Assembly (NCBI GenBank): GCA_018883265.1
Contig: VEQK01000005.1
Location: forward strand, 6,190-70,189
DNA length: 64,000 nt
DNA from: Rhodocyclaceae bacterium
GTDB taxonomy: Bacteria; Pseudomonadota; Gammaproteobacteria; Burkholderiales; Rhodocyclaceae
Reading direction: 5' to 3'
Shown: positions 10,840 through 23,582 of the stretch, one piece after another
How positions within the stretch are numbered: position 1 is the first letter of the stretch
Layout of the letters: each line of letters begins with the position of its first letter
Made by a program: the position numbers and the translations under genes
Notes under the pieces: generated by a model
What the model was told of the DNA's origin: nothing
Database searches by the model: none
Seen by the model: the letters and a program-made list of their open reading frames with translations, nothing else

Positions 10840-11469
10840 ATGATTCAATATCTGCGCCGAATTCTGTTGTTGGTTTGTATGGTCGTGTCGCCGGTGGGGT
10901 TTGCCAGCGTCGTGCCCCCGGATCAACTGGTCAAGCAGATCACACAAGAAACCTATGTTTACGTGAATCAGGACCCGTTGCTGCAAAAGGGTGATACCAG
11001 CAAGCTGATCGAGTGGGCAGAAAAATCGGTCGTCAACAGCTTTGACTTTCAACGCATGACCCGGTTAGCCGTCGGCAAAGATTGGCGACAGGCTACCCCC
11101 GAACAACAGAAGCAATTGGTTCAGGAATTCCGCACGCTGTTGATCCGTACTTTCGCCAATGCGTTTATCGGGATTACCAAAAATCAGACGCTGGAGTATC
11201 TGCCGTTCAAAATGCAGGACGATCAAAAAGACGTGATCGTTAAAACGCTCATCATTAAACCTGGCAAGAAGCCGGTGGACGTGAACTTTAGCCTTGAGAA
11301 AGGCGACGAAAGCTGGCATGTTTACGATGTCGTACTGGCCGGCGTGTCGCTCATCACCAATTATCGTGAGAGTTTCACGCAGGAAATCCGCAACAACGGT
11401 ATCGATGGCCTGATCAAGCAGCTAGCGGAAAAGAACCGTGCGGCTGCTCTGAAGGCCAAAGCCTCCTGA
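10840..11469 (+). CDS. mlaC: Periplasmic phospholipid-binding protein (Ttg2D/MlaC)
   Basis: Signal peptide, DFQRMTRLAVG, VYDVVLAGVSLITNYRESF. Confidence 0.93.
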   Translation: MIQYLRRILLLVCMVVSPVGFASVVPPDQLVKQITQETYVYVNQDPLLQKGDTSKLIEWAEKSVVNSFDFQRMTRLAVGKDWRQATPEQQKQLVQEFRTLLIRTFANAFIGITKNQTLEYLPFKMQDDQKDVIVKTLIIKPGKKPVDVNFSLEKGDESWHVYDVVLAGVSLITNYRESFTQEIRNNGIDGLIKQLAEKNRAAALKAKAS

Positions 11470-11477
11470 TCCTGGCA

Positions 11478-11759
11478 ATGTCTGCGCTGAAACTGGCCGA
11501 CAACGGTTTGTGCCTGGAGATCACCGGCGGCATGACGGTCGACGAGCTACCGGCGCTGCTCGCAGGGTTGGAGCCCTTTTACGGTATTGCTCATGTCGAT
11601 CTGAGGGCGGTTGACCGCGTCGATTCGTCGGCCTTGAGTCTATTGCTGGAGCTGGGGCGCCAGACCCGTGGCAATACCGTAACGGTCTACCACGCGCCGC
11701 CCTCGCTGAGAGCGCTGAATGATCTTTATGGTCTACAGACACTGTTCTGGGTAGTTTAA
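11478..11759 (+). CDS. mlaB: STAS-domain protein
   Basis: DLRAVDRVDSSALSLL STAS motif; position after mlaC. Confidence 0.85.
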   Translation: MSALKLADNGLCLEITGGMTVDELPALLAGLEPFYGIAHVDLRAVDRVDSSALSLLLELGRQTRGNTVTVYHAPPSLRALNDLYGLQTLFWVV

Positions 11760-11763
11760 GCGG

Positions 11764-12720
11764 GTGGTTAAGCCAGCAGTTGCTCCGGCGGTTTCCGTAC
11801 GGCACGTTTCGAAAACTTTTCTGCGCAGTCGACAGAGCGTCCATGCACTGCGTGATGTATCGCTGGAAATCGCACCCGGCGAGTTTTTTGGTCTGCTCGG
11901 GCCCAACGGGGCAGGCAAAACCACGCTGATTTCCTGTATGGCCGGATTATGTCGCCAGGACACGGGTGATATCCGCATTTTGGGGCACGATACCCGCAGC
12001 GACTACCGTGTAGCCCGCCGTGCGTTGGGTGTTGTGCCGCAGGAGCTGGTATTCGATCCCTTCTTCTCGGTACGCGAGATTCTGCGGCTGCAGTCCGGCT
12101 ACTTTGGCATTACGCACAACGATGCCTGGATCGACGAACTGCTGGCCGAACTGGATCTGACCAATAAAGCGGATCACTCGATGCGCAGCCTCTCCGGCGG
12201 CATGAAGCGGCGCGTGCTGGTGGCGCAGGCGCTGGTTCACCGTCCACCGGTCATCATCCTCGATGAACCGACCGCCGGCGTTGATGTCGCCCTGCGTCAA
12301 GGGCTCTGGCAATTTATTCGACGCCTCAACCGTGACGGCCATACGATTATTCTGACCACGCATTACCTGGAAGAGGCCGAGGCGCTCTGCGGCCGGCTGG
12401 CGCTCATGCGTTCCGGGGAAATCTGTGCGCTGGAAAAAACCGAAACCCTGATCCGCCGCTTCGCCAAACATCGTCTGATCGTCCGCCTGGGCGAAGCCAG
12501 CGTGCTGCCACCGATGTTGCAGGCCATGGCGCAGGCTGTGCCCGAGTCGACACGCACCTGGGAATGGACGCTGGATGCGCTGGCCGATATCGAATCGGTG
12601 CTGGCCGCGCTGCGTGAATCGGGATGTACACTAGAAGACATGAGCCTGTCGCCGCCCGATCTCGAAACTGCTTTTCTCAGTTTCATGGGTCACGACCAGG
12701 CGTCAGGTGGATCGGCATGA
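11764..12720 (+). CDS. ABC-2 type transporter ATP-binding protein (YadG-like)
   Basis: GPNGAGKT, LSGGMKRR, LDEPTAGVD; GTG start. Confidence 0.9.
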   Translation: MVKPAVAPAVSVRHVSKTFLRSRQSVHALRDVSLEIAPGEFFGLLGPNGAGKTTLISCMAGLCRQDTGDIRILGHDTRSDYRVARRALGVVPQELVFDPFFSVREILRLQSGYFGITHNDAWIDELLAELDLTNKADHSMRSLSGGMKRRVLVAQALVHRPPVIILDEPTAGVDVALRQGLWQFIRRLNRDGHTIILTTHYLEEAEALCGRLALMRSGEICALEKTETLIRRFAKHRLIVRLGEASVLPPMLQAMAQAVPESTRTWEWTLDALADIESVLAALRESGCTLEDMSLSPPDLETAFLSFMGHDQASGGSA

Positions 12721-13468
12721 CCGAGTTTCTGACGCTGTTGCGCAAGGAACTGTGGCGCTTCTGGAAGGTCGGTTTCCAGACGGTCTGTGCGCCGGTGCTG
12801 ACCGCATTGTTGTATCTGATGATTTTTTCCCAGGTGCTGGATAACCATGTGCAGGTGCACGGGGTGCGTTACACGGCCTTTCTGATTCCCGGACTGGTCA
12901 TGATGTCGGTGTTGCAGAACGCCTTCGCCAACAGCTCGTCCTCGCTGATCCAGTCCAAGATTACGGGCAACCTGGTCTTCGTCCTGCTGACGCCGATCTC
13001 GAACCTCCAGTTCTTTGCCGCCTATCTGCTGGCGGCCACCATCCGGGGTGCGGTGGTCGGGGCCGGCGTGCTTCTGGCCACCTGCTGGGTCGGTGGGCTG
13101 ACGTTGGCCGAACCGGTCTGGGTGCTGCTTTTTACCTTGCTGGGCGGCGCCTTGATGGGCAGTCTGGGCCTGATCGCGGGGATGTGGGCCGAAAAGTTCG
13201 ATCAGATGGCCGCCTTCCAGAATTTTCTGATTCTGCCGCTCACCATGCTGTCCGGCGTCTTCTACTCGGTACAATCGCTCCCTGAGTTCTGGCAGACGGT
13301 TTCCCGAGTCAACCCCGTGTTTTACCTGATCGACGGATTCCGTTTCGGGTTCTTTGCCGTATCCGATGCCTCACCCTGGTTGAGCCTGGGCGTGGCGAGC
13401 GCCTTTACGGTGGCAATCGGCTTGTTGAGTTTTAGTTTGCTGGTACGTGGCTACAAGCTACGCACCTG

Positions 13469-13469
<1 letters not shown>
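12717..13469 (+). CDS. ABC-2 type transporter permease (YadH-like)
   Basis: KELWRF...QTVCAPVLTALLY, six TM segments, NPVFYLIDGFR; ATGA overlap. Confidence 0.9.
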
Positions 13470-14978
<1,509 letters not shown>

Positions 14979-15006
14979 AATACGGTTTTCGCTTGGAATC
15001 ATCGCT

Positions 15007-15675
15007 GTGACCCGTAATCCCACCGGCCTTACGATCGCCCTTTCCAAGGGGCGCATTCTGGAAGAAACGCTGCCGCTGCTTGAAGCGGCAGGTATTCTGC
15101 CGACCGAAGATCCGGAATCCTCGCGCAAGCTGATTCTGCCGACGCAGGATCCGGATGTGCGTATCGTCATTGTGCGCGCCACCGATGTACCGACCTACGT
15201 ACAGTATGGTGCAGCCGACCTTGGCGTGGCCGGTAAGGATGTGCTTATCGAACACGGGGGGCAGGGCTTGTATCAGCCGCTGGACCTGCAGATTGCCCGC
15301 TGCAAAATGATGGTGGCGGTGCCCGAGGGCTTCGACTACGCAGCGGCGGTCAAGCCAGGCAGCCGCCTGAGTGTGGCGACCAAGTACGTGAACATCGCTC
15401 GTCAGCACTTTGCGGCCAAGGGTGTGCACATCGATCTGATCAAACTCTACGGCTCGATGGAGCTGGCACCGCTGGTTGGCCTCTCGGATGCCATCGTCGA
15501 TCTCGTGTCTTCCGGCAATACGCTGCGCGCCAATAACCTGCAGGCCGTCGAAGAGGTGATGCCGATTTCGTCGCGTCTGGTCGTTAACCCGGCGTCGCTG
15601 AAGCTCAAGCACGACCGTCTGCAGCGCATGCTTGCCGACTTTGAGGGCGCAGTTGCCCGTCAATCAGCTGCTTGA
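15007..15675 (+). CDS. hisG: ATP phosphoribosyltransferase, short form (needs HisZ, not in window)
   Basis: [37 protein letters not shown]; 222 aa with no C-terminal regulatory domain. Confidence 0.96.
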   Translation: MTRNPTGLTIALSKGRILEETLPLLEAAGILPTEDPESSRKLILPTQDPDVRIVIVRATDVPTYVQYGAADLGVAGKDVLIEHGGQGLYQPLDLQIARCKMMVAVPEGFDYAAAVKPGSRLSVATKYVNIARQHFAAKGVHIDLIKLYGSMELAPLVGLSDAIVDLVSSGNTLRANNLQAVEEVMPISSRLVVNPASLKLKHDRLQRMLADFEGAVARQSAA

Positions 15676-15689
15676 ATCGGGGCTGTGTG

Positions 15690-16985
15690 ATGATCCGACG
15701 ACTGAGTACCAAATCAGCCCATTTTGATGCGGAACTGAAAGCACTGCTGGCGATCGAAGCCGAGCAGGATGCCAGCATCGAGCGTACCGTCCTGAATATT
15801 CTTGCCGATATCCGCCAGCGTGGCGATACTGCGCTGCTGGAATTTACCCGTCAGTTTGATCGGCTGGATGTGCACGATGCGCACCAGCTCGAATTGCCAC
15901 GTGCCGAGCTGGATAATGCACTGGCTGGTTTATCGCATGAACAACGTGACGCACTGGAAACAGCCGCACAAAGGATTCGTGATTTTCATCAGCGTCAACG
16001 CGCTGAAGGCTGGACCTACACCGAAGCCGATGGTACGGAGCTCGGCCAGCGCGTTACGCCGCTCGACCGCGTCGGTCTGTATGTGCCGGGCGGCAAAGCG
16101 GCTTATCCATCTTCCGTATTGATGAACGCGATTCCGGCCAAGGTCGCCGGCGTGGGCGAACTCATCATGGTGGTGCCGACGCCGGGTGGCGAACGTAATC
16201 CGCTGGTGCTGGCGGCCGCCGCCATCGCCGGCGTCGATCGCGTGTTCACCATCGGCGGTGCGCAAGCCGTCGGGGCGCTGGCCTATGGCACGGCAACCGT
16301 GCCACAGGTCGACAAGATCGTCGGACCGGGTAATGCGTATGTGGCCAACGCCAAGCGCCATGTTTTTGGTACGGTCGGCATCGACATGATCGCCGGCCCC
16401 TCGGAAATTCTCATCATTGCCGACGGTACGACGCCACCGGACTGGGTGACGATGGATCTGTTCTCGCAGGCAGAACACGACGAACTGGCGCAATCGATTC
16501 TGATCTCTCCGGATGCCGCGTATCTGGATGCGGTCACCGAGAGCATCGGACGCCTCTTGCCGCAGATGCCGCGCGCCGATGTGATTCGCACGTCGCTGAC
16601 GGATCGTGGCGCGCTGATTCTGGTGAAAGATCTGGCCGAAGCCTGTGCGATCAGTAACCGCATTGCCCCCGAGCATTTGGAATTGTCGGTGAAAGATCCG
16701 CAGGCATTGTTGCCGCAGATTCGTCACGCAGGCGCCATCTTCATGGGTGCGTATAGCTCCGAGTCGCTGGGCGATTACTGTGCGGGACCGAACCATGTGT
16801 TGCCGACCTCGGGGAGTGCACGTTTTTCGTCGCCGCTCGGTGTCTATGATTTTCAGAAGCGCAGCAGCCTGATTCACGTCTCGCGGGCGGGCGCTCAGAC
16901 GTTGGGTCGTATCGCCTCCAGTTTGGCTGAGGGCGAAGGACTCACTGCCCATGCCCGTTCCGCAGACTTCCGACTCGGTCGCTGA
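15690..16985 (+). CDS. hisD: Histidinol dehydrogenase
   Basis: [44 protein letters not shown]. Confidence 0.98.
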   Translation: MIRRLSTKSAHFDAELKALLAIEAEQDASIERTVLNILADIRQRGDTALLEFTRQFDRLDVHDAHQLELPRAELDNALAGLSHEQRDALETAAQRIRDFHQRQRAEGWTYTEADGTELGQRVTPLDRVGLYVPGGKAAYPSSVLMNAIPAKVAGVGELIMVVPTPGGERNPLVLAAAAIAGVDRVFTIGGAQAVGALAYGTATVPQVDKIVGPGNAYVANAKRHVFGTVGIDMIAGPSEILIIADGTTPPDWVTMDLFSQAEHDELAQSILISPDAAYLDAVTESIGRLLPQMPRADVIRTSLTDRGALILVKDLAEACAISNRIAPEHLELSVKDPQALLPQIRHAGAIFMGAYSSESLGDYCAGPNHVLPTSGSARFSSPLGVYDFQKRSSLIHVSRAGAQTLGRIASSLAEGEGLTAHARSADFRLGR

Positions 16986-17559
16986 TTCAGCTGTAACGGC
17001 CCGGGCCGTTCCGGGGCCCGCCGCGTTATTTCGGGGGTTTGCCCGCGTCGGACTCTCCGGCTTTGGCGGCGTGTTGCCGTGGGCGCGTCGCCTGCTCGTC
17101 GAAACCGAACGCTGGTTAACAGCGGAAGAATTTAACGTCCTGCTAGGGTTGTGCCAATTTCTGCCGGGCCCCAATGTGATCAACCTGGCGGTGGCAGTCG
17201 GCGTGCGTTGCTGTGGTTGGCGTGGTGCTGTTGCCGGTGTACTGGGCTTGATGACGGGCCCGTTCCTGATCGCATTGTTGCTGGGCTTGCTCTATGCGCG
17301 CTATGGTGAAATTCCGGCCGTGCAATCTATGTTGTACGGCGTGACGCTGGTCGGCGCTGGACTCATTATCGCGACCGGAATTCGCATGGGGATCAACGTC
17401 AAGCAACGTGCTGTCTATCTCCCGTTCGCAGCCGCCGCCTTTATCGCGCTGGTGGTTTTACACTGGCCGCTGCCAGTGGTCATGATTGGCGGCGCCGTGC
17501 TCACGGTGAGCCTAAGCTGGTGGCAGTTGGCGCGCCAGGCTCGCGTGGTGCGCACATGA
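16951..17559 (+). CDS. chrA: Short-chain chromate ion transporter (CHR family), first half
   Basis: GLSGFGG and [11 protein letters not shown] motifs; the only upstream ATG lies inside the end of hisD, so the start is uncertain. Confidence 0.85.
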   Translation: MPVPQTSDSVADSAVTARAVPGPAALFRGFARVGLSGFGGVLPWARRLLVETERWLTAEEFNVLLGLCQFLPGPNVINLAVAVGVRCCGWRGAVAGVLGLMTGPFLIALLLGLLYARYGEIPAVQSMLYGVTLVGAGLIIATGIRMGINVKQRAVYLPFAAAAFIALVVLHWPLPVVMIGGAVLTVSLSWWQLARQARVVRT

Positions 17560-18077
17560 GTTTGCTGCTCGATCTTTTTATCAGCTTCTTCCTGGTGGCC
17601 TTCGTATCGTTTGGCGGCGCCTCGGCGGTCATTCCGGAGTTCTACCGGATCGTCGTGACGGAACATGGTTGGATGGACGCCCGGGTTTTTACCGAATTGT
17701 TTGCCATCGCCCAGGCGGCGCCCGGCCCGAATGTCCTGATTGTCACTTTGATAGGTCAGCACGTCGATGGGTGGCAGGGTGCGTTGGCCGCCACGGTGGG
17801 GATGTGCCTGCCGATGAGCCTGGTTGTCGGGTTGCTCTTCAAACACTGGGATCGCCTGCAAGACTGGCGTGGTCGTGCGGCCATTCAGTTGGGTGTGGCG
17901 CCACTGGCCGTAGGGCTGGTGTTAGCCTCCGGCACCCTGATTGCGCACTCGGCAATGCCGGGCTGGGCGGGAATTTCGTTGGTGGTCCTGACTGTTTGGC
18001 TAAGCCTTCGGTCCAGATTGCATCCGCTGTGGCTGATTCTGCTTGGCGCCGTGTTTGGGTTTACAGGCCTCGTTTAG
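17556..18077 (+). CDS. chrA: Short-chain chromate ion transporter (CHR family), second half
   Basis: FVSFGGA and AIAQAAPGP motifs; ATGA overlap with its partner. Confidence 0.88.
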   Translation: MSLLLDLFISFFLVAFVSFGGASAVIPEFYRIVVTEHGWMDARVFTELFAIAQAAPGPNVLIVTLIGQHVDGWQGALAATVGMCLPMSLVVGLLFKHWDRLQDWRGRAAIQLGVAPLAVGLVLASGTLIAHSAMPGWAGISLVVLTVWLSLRSRLHPLWLILLGAVFGFTGLV

Positions 18078-18080
18078 CAC

Positions 18081-19139
18081 TCAGGCCATTATGGCTTGCA
18101 GCGCCGTCACCAGCGCGGTGCATTCCTCACGTGTACCGATGGTAATGCGCAAGTGCTGATCAATGCGGGGCAAACGGAAATGACGCACGATGATGGCGCG
18201 CTCACGCAGCGCAACCGCTAGTTCACCCGCATCGCGGTTCGGGTGACGCACGAACACGAAATTGGCCTTGGATGGCACGACTTCAAAACCCATGACGGTC
18301 AGTTGTTCAGCCAACCATGTTCGGCTTTCGATAATCCGTTGGCGGTCGTAATCAAAGCCTTGGCGATCTTCAATCGCAGCGATGGCGCCGACACTGGCCA
18401 GGCGATCGACCGGGTAGGAATTGAAACTGTTTTTGACGCGTTCCAGACCGGCCAGTAGTTCGGGCTGGCCGATGGCGAAGCCGACACGCAGTCCGGCCAG
18501 AGCCCGCGACTTGGAGAAGGTCTGCACCACCAGCAGATTCGGATGGTCCTTGACCAGCGGTATGGCGGTCTCTGTGCCGAAATCCACATAGGCTTCATCA
18601 ACCACAATCACCTGATCCGGCAGACGTTGGCACAAACGGCGGATCGCCTCCAGGCTGACAACCTGACCGGTAGGAGCGTTCGGATTCGGGAAAATCACTG
18701 CGCCGGCATGGTGCGGAATGGCGTCGAGATCCAGCGAGAAATCGTCGTTGAGTGGCACGGTTTCGGCCGTGATGTCGTTCAGCTGGCAATACACTGGGTA
18801 GAAGCTGTAGGTAATGTCCGGATAGACCAACGGGCCGTCGTGGTTGAGTAGTGCCTGGAAGGCAAAGGCCAGAATCTCATCCGAACCGTTACCGACAAAG
18901 ACATGATCGCGGCCAACTGCGTAATATTCGGCAATGGCCTGCCGCAGGGCCGTGGAATCCGGGTCCGGATACAGGCGGAGGTCGCCGTTAACGGCGGACC
19001 CGATCGCCGCCAGAACGCGTGGCGAGGGTGGGTAAGGACACTCGTTGGTGTTCAGTTTGATCAGATTGGCAATTTTGGGCTGTTCCCCCGGGGTGTAGGG
19101 GGTCAGTCCATGGACGATCGGGCTCCAGAATCGGCTCAT
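18081..19139 (-). CDS. hisC: Histidinol-phosphate aminotransferase
   Basis: [36 protein letters not shown]-Lys motif [14 protein letters not shown]. Confidence 0.95.
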   Translation of the reverse strand: MSRFWSPIVHGLTPYTPGEQPKIANLIKLNTNECPYPPSPRVLAAIGSAVNGDLRLYPDPDSTALRQAIAEYYAVGRDHVFVGNGSDEILAFAFQALLNHDGPLVYPDITYSFYPVYCQLNDITAETVPLNDDFSLDLDAIPHHAGAVIFPNPNAPTGQVVSLEAIRRLCQRLPDQVIVVDEAYVDFGTETAIPLVKDHPNLLVVQTFSKSRALAGLRVGFAIGQPELLAGLERVKNSFNSYPVDRLASVGAIAAIEDRQGFDYDRQRIIESRTWLAEQLTVMGFEVVPSKANFVFVRHPNRDAGELAVALRERAIIVRHFRLPRIDQHLRITIGTREECTALVTALQAIMA

Positions 19140-19221
19140 GCGTGTGGGGTTTTCCGGGAAAGTAGGTGCAATAACAGGCAGTCGAGCCCTGCGGTAAATC
19201 AGGCTTGGCAGGGCGTTGCGA

Positions 19222-19230
19222 TGGTATCAT
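19222..19230 (+). promoter_or_regulatory. Extended -10 promoter candidate for hisBHAFIE-HIT-tat
   Basis: TG-G-TATCAT ending 28 nt before the hisB ATG; a promoter is needed here because hisC is divergent. Confidence 0.45.
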
Positions 19231-19258
19231 GACGAGAATTCATCCCAACGGCGTCATC

Positions 19259-19846
19259 ATGCGGCAAGCCACGATTCAGCGCGATACCCTCGAAACCCAG
19301 ATTACCGTCAGTATCAATCTCGACGGCACGGGCAAGGCCGACCTGGCTACTGGCGTGCCGTTTCTGGATCACATGCTGGATCAGATCGCCCGTCACGGGT
19401 TGATCGACCTGACGGTTAAGGCCAAGGGTGATCTGCATATCGATAGCCATCACACGGTTGAAGACATCGGTATCACCCTGGGTCAGGCTTTTGCCGAAGC
19501 CGTAGGCGAGAAGAAAGGGATTGTTCGTTACGGCTACGCCTATGTGCCACTCGACGAAGCCTTGTCGCGCGTCGTGATCGATCTCTCGGGCCGCCCGGGG
19601 CTGGTAATGGATGTGCCATTCAAGCGCGCCTGGATCGGCCAGTTCGATGTCGACCTGTTCTCTGAGTTTTTCCACGGCTTCGTGAATCACGCGAAGGTGA
19701 CGCTGCACATCGACAACCTGCGCGGGGAAAATGCCCACCATCAGGCCGAGACGGTGTTTAAGGCCTTCGGTCGTGCCTTGCGGATGGCTGTTGCGCCGGA
19801 TGCGCGTCAGGCCAACGTGATTCCATCAACGAAGGGTTCGCTCTGA
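19259..19846 (+). CDS. hisB: Imidazoleglycerol-phosphate dehydratase (monofunctional)
   Basis: [25 protein letters not shown]; no phosphatase domain. Confidence 0.97.
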   Translation: MRQATIQRDTLETQITVSINLDGTGKADLATGVPFLDHMLDQIARHGLIDLTVKAKGDLHIDSHHTVEDIGITLGQAFAEAVGEKKGIVRYGYAYVPLDEALSRVVIDLSGRPGLVMDVPFKRAWIGQFDVDLFSEFFHGFVNHAKVTLHIDNLRGENAHHQAETVFKAFGRALRMAVAPDARQANVIPSTKGSL

Positions 19847-19898
19847 TTGTTGTTTCAAGCATGGGCATCAATCAGTACGACTTCGGGAACAGCCGCTC

Positions 19899-20540
19899 AT
19901 GACGTTAACCAACCGTATTGCCGTGGTTGACTATGGCATGGGAAATCTGCGCTCGGTCGAACAGGCCCTGCGCCATGTGGCGGATGGTGCGGACGTCGAG
20001 CTGGCCTCGACGCCGGACGTGATCGAGGCAGCTGATCGCATCGTTTTTCCGGGTCAGGGCGCCATGCGCGACTGCATGGCCGAACTGGATGCACGCAATT
20101 TGCGCCAGGCGGTCAAGAACGCTGCTGCCAACAAACCGTTTCTGGGCATCTGCATCGGTTTGCAGATGCTGTTCGATCACAGCGAAGAAGGCGATGCCGC
20201 GGGCCTGGGCATCCTGCCCGGTCAGGTCAGACGTTTTGCCGGCGACCTCAAAGGCGCCGACGGCCAGCGCTTGAAAGTGCCGCACATGGGCTGGAATCAG
20301 GTCGGCCAGAAACCGCATGCCCTTTGGTCGGGCATCGCCGATCAGGCATTCTTCTACTTCGTACACAGCTACCATGTGGTACCTACGAACTCGGCGCTCG
20401 TTGCCGGGCAGACCGAATACGGTCTGCCGTTTACCGCCGCTGTTGCACGCGACAATGTTTTTGCCATCCAGTGTCACCCTGAAAAGAGTGCGCGGGACGG
20501 CCTGCAGTTACTCCGTAATTTTGTGAGCTGGGCGCCCTAA
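19899..20540 (+). CDS. hisH: Imidazole glycerol phosphate synthase, glutaminase subunit
   Basis: DYGMGNL, PGQG, GICIGLQ, QCHPEKS triad. Confidence 0.97.
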   Translation: MTLTNRIAVVDYGMGNLRSVEQALRHVADGADVELASTPDVIEAADRIVFPGQGAMRDCMAELDARNLRQAVKNAAANKPFLGICIGLQMLFDHSEEGDAAGLGILPGQVRRFAGDLKGADGQRLKVPHMGWNQVGQKPHALWSGIADQAFFYFVHSYHVVPTNSALVAGQTEYGLPFTAAVARDNVFAIQCHPEKSARDGLQLLRNFVSWAP

Positions 20541-20592
20541 ATTGCCGGGCGCCCGTATGATTCTCTGATCTGACGCGACATCAACACTCATC

Positions 20593-21357
20593 ATGCTGAT
20601 CATTCCCGCAATCGACCTCAAAGACGGCCAGTGCGTCCGACTCAAGCAAGGCCTCATGGAAGACGCGACCGTCTTCAACCATAGCCCGGCAGCGCAGGCA
20701 CAGGCCTGGCTCGATCAGGGCGCACGCCGCCTGCATCTGGTGGATCTGAACGGCGCCTTCGCCGGCAAGCCCGTCAACGACGCCGCCGTGCGTAGCATTC
20801 TGGAAGTCGTCGAAGAACGCATCCCCGTGCAAATTGGCGGCGGCATCCGTGACCTCGATACCATCGAGCGCTATCTTGATCTGGGCATCAGCTACGTCAT
20901 CATCGGCACCGCCGCCGTCAAGACGCCGGGTTTTCTGCAGGATGCCTGTACGGCGTTTCCGGGTCACATCATCGTCGGTCTGGATGCCAAGGACGGTAAG
21001 GTCGCTGTCGATGGTTGGTCCAAGATTACCGGTCATGACGTGATTGACCTCGCACAAAAGTTTGAACACTATGGCGTCGAAGCCGTCATCTACACCGACA
21101 TCGGTCGCGACGGCATGCTGTCGGGCATCAATGTCGAAGCGACCAAGAAGCTGGCGCAGGCCTTGAAGATTCCGGTCATTGCCTCGGGCGGTCTCACCAA
21201 TATGGGGGATATCTCGGCACTGTGTGCCGTCGAGTCAGAGGGTGTGACTGGCGTGATCGCCGGTCGCGCCATTTACGATGGCTCGCTAGATCTGGCTGCG
21301 GCACAGGCCGAAGCCGACAAGCTGAGCAAGTCTGCCGGTCTGGTCGGCGACAAGTAA
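20593..21357 (+). CDS. hisA: ProFAR isomerase
   Basis: [31 protein letters not shown]. Confidence 0.97.
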   Translation: MLIIPAIDLKDGQCVRLKQGLMEDATVFNHSPAAQAQAWLDQGARRLHLVDLNGAFAGKPVNDAAVRSILEVVEERIPVQIGGGIRDLDTIERYLDLGISYVIIGTAAVKTPGFLQDACTAFPGHIIVGLDAKDGKVAVDGWSKITGHDVIDLAQKFEHYGVEAVIYTDIGRDGMLSGINVEATKKLAQALKIPVIASGGLTNMGDISALCAVESEGVTGVIAGRAIYDGSLDLAAAQAEADKLSKSAGLVGDK

Positions 21358-21362
21358 CGGCC

Positions 21363-22121
21363 ATGCTCGCCAAGCGCATTATTCCCTGCCTGGATGTGAC
21401 TGCCGGGCGCGTCGTGAAGGGTACCAACTTCGTTGGTCTGCGAGACGCCGGCGATCCGGTCGAGATTGCGCGCCGTTACGATGCACAGGGCGCCGACGAG
21501 CTGACCTTTCTTGATATCACTGCCAGCTCGGATCAGCGCGACATCATTCTCGAGGTTGTTGAGGCCTGCGCAGCCGAAGTCTTTATTCCACTCACCGTCG
21601 GTGGCGGCGTCCGTCAGGTCGCCGATGTACGTCGTTTACTGCATGCGGGTGCCGACAAGGTGTCGATCAATACCGCAGCGGTGGATCGTCCGGAGCTGGT
21701 TCGCGAAGCGTCCGACAAAGTGGGTTCGCAATGCATTGTCGTCGCCATTGATGCCAAACAGGTGACGCCAGGACAGTGGCAAGTATTCACGCATGGTGGC
21801 CGTAAAGCCACTGGCCTCGATGTGGTGGCCTGGGCCTGCAAGATGGCCGAATACGGCGCTGGCGAGATTCTATTGACCAGTATGGATCGTGACGGTACCT
21901 GCGAAGGTTTCGATCTGGCATTGACGCGCGCCGTCTCCGATGCAGTGCCGGTTCCGGTGATCGCCAGCGGTGGTGTCGGTTTGCTCCAGCATCTGGCCGA
22001 TGGGGTCAGTGAAGGCCATGCCTCGGCGGTGCTGGCTGCTTCGATTTTCCATTTCGGCCAGCACACGGTGCAGGAAGCCAAGGCCTACATGAGGGAACGG
22101 GGCATCCCCGTGCGTATCTGA
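21363..22121 (+). CDS. hisF: Imidazole glycerol phosphate synthase, cyclase subunit
   Basis: [25 protein letters not shown]. Confidence 0.97.
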   Translation: MLAKRIIPCLDVTAGRVVKGTNFVGLRDAGDPVEIARRYDAQGADELTFLDITASSDQRDIILEVVEACAAEVFIPLTVGGGVRQVADVRRLLHAGADKVSINTAAVDRPELVREASDKVGSQCIVVAIDAKQVTPGQWQVFTHGGRKATGLDVVAWACKMAEYGAGEILLTSMDRDGTCEGFDLALTRAVSDAVPVPVIASGGVGLLQHLADGVSEGHASAVLAASIFHFGQHTVQEAKAYMRERGIPVRI

Positions 22122-22122
22122 T

Positions 22123-22527
22123 ATGAGTCAGGATCTGAACCCGCAGCTCAATTGGCTGGACGCGCTGCGTTTCAACGACGAAGGGCTAATACCGGCGATT
22201 GCCCAGGACGTCGAGACCGGGGTCATCCTAATGCAGGCCTGGATGAACCGTGAATCCCTGATGCAGACCGTTGAAACCGGCCGGGCGGTATACTGGTCGC
22301 GTTCTCGTCAGCGTCTGTGGCGTAAGGGCGAGGCATCCGGTCATGAACAGCTCGTTCGGGCCGTTCGAACAGACTGCGACGGCGATGCCATTCTCATACT
22401 GGTGGAACAGCAGGGCGGTATTCCCTGTCACACCGGACGCTCAACCTGTTTTTTCTATGCGCTGATCGGAGAACACTGGTCGGCTGTGGAACCCGTGTTG
22501 AAAGACCCAAAGGATATCTATCAATGA
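22123..22527 (+). CDS. hisI: Phosphoribosyl-AMP cyclohydrolase
   Basis: [27 protein letters not shown]. Confidence 0.96.
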   Translation: MSQDLNPQLNWLDALRFNDEGLIPAIAQDVETGVILMQAWMNRESLMQTVETGRAVYWSRSRQRLWRKGEASGHEQLVRAVRTDCDGDAILILVEQQGGIPCHTGRSTCFFYALIGEHWSAVEPVLKDPKDIYQ

Positions 22528-22853
22528 AAGCTGGCACACTGGAAGTACTCAATCGTCTGAGCGAAACTCTGCTCGCGCGTCGTCATGCCGATCCGTCGAC
22601 CTCTTACACGGCTTCGCTGTTTGCCAAAGGCCCGGATGCAATCCTCAAGAAAATCGGCGAGGAATCCGCCGAACTGATTATGGCCGCCAAAGACGGCAAG
22701 CGACTGCCGATCGTCAATGAAGCGACCGATGTCGTGTACCACATCCTCGTCCTGATGGCCTTCTTTGATATGTCGGCCGATGACATCCTGCAGGAGCTGC
22801 ACCGTCGTGAAGGGATTTCCGGCATCGACGAAAAGCGTTCGCGGACTTCCTGA
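22524..22853 (+). CDS. hisE: Phosphoribosyl-ATP pyrophosphatase
   Basis: [24 protein letters not shown]. Confidence 0.95.
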   Translation: MKAGTLEVLNRLSETLLARRHADPSTSYTASLFAKGPDAILKKIGEESAELIMAAKDGKRLPIVNEATDVVYHILVLMAFFDMSADDILQELHRREGISGIDEKRSRTS

Positions 22854-22865
22854 GGAGACATCGTC

Positions 22866-23222
22866 ATGAGCAGTCAATGCCTCTTCTGCAAAATTGTTGC
22901 CGGCGAAATTCCGTCAAAAAAGATTTACGAAGATGAGCTGGTTTTAGCCTTTCACGATATCAATCCGCAGCGTCCGGTCCATTTTCTCGTGATCCCCAAA
23001 CATCACCTCACCTCGTTGCAGCATGCTTCGACAGCTGATGAACCCGCCCTGGGGCGTATGTTGGCGGTTGCCAATAAGTTGGCGGTCGAAGCCGGTAGCC
23101 CGGGTGGTTTCCGTGTCATCATCAACAATGGCGAAATCGGCTGCCAGGAAGTCCCCCATTTGCATGCGCACGTGGTGGGCGGTGAGCAGCCCGTTGGCCC
23201 CATGCTCAAGCGTCAGGCTTGA
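22866..23222 (+). CDS. HIT-family nucleotide-binding protein
   Basis: CLFCKI start and HLHAH histidine triad. Confidence 0.93.
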   Translation: MSSQCLFCKIVAGEIPSKKIYEDELVLAFHDINPQRPVHFLVIPKHHLTSLQHASTADEPALGRMLAVANKLAVEAGSPGGFRVIINNGEIGCQEVPHLHAHVVGGEQPVGPMLKRQA

Positions 23223-23261
23223 GCGCATCGATCATTATTCAAAACGCAGGGAGCAAACATC

Positions 23262-23504
23262 ATGGGTTCATTCAGTATTTGGCACTGGCTGATCGTACTG
23301 GTCATCATTCTGCTGATTTTTGGGACCAAGAAGCTGCGCAATGTCGGCCAGGATCTGGGCGGCGCTGTCAAAGGATTCAAAGATGGGTTGAAGGATGGCG
23401 AAGCAGCCGCCAGCCCCGAGATTCCTACCACTACGGCCAATTCGACCAATCCCGCCAGTCCGACTGAAGGCAGAACCATCGAGGGTCAGGCCACCAAGCA
23501 GTAA
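23262..23504 (+). CDS. tatA: Twin-arginine translocase subunit TatA
   Basis: [16 protein letters not shown]...FGTKKL...GFK. Confidence 0.96.
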   Translation: MGSFSIWHWLIVLVIILLIFGTKKLRNVGQDLGGAVKGFKDGLKDGEAAASPEIPTTTANSTNPASPTEGRTIEGQATKQ

Positions 23505-23520
23505 ACCACTGATGGCTGAA

Positions 23521-23547
23521 AGCCCCGGTTGATCTTTCGGCCGGGCT
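23521..23547 (+). other. Stem-loop without U-tract between tatA and tatB
   Basis: AGCCC-C-GGTTGA/TCTT/TCGGCC-GGGCT, ~11 bp including G-U pairs. Confidence 0.55.
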
Positions 23548-23582
23548 GTAAGTCACGGTATGCACTGAACGGTTGATGGAAT

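Noticed and set aside
19206-19219. sigma54-like TGGCAG...TTGC before hisB
   Set aside because: GG-to-GC spacing is 11 rather than the required 12.
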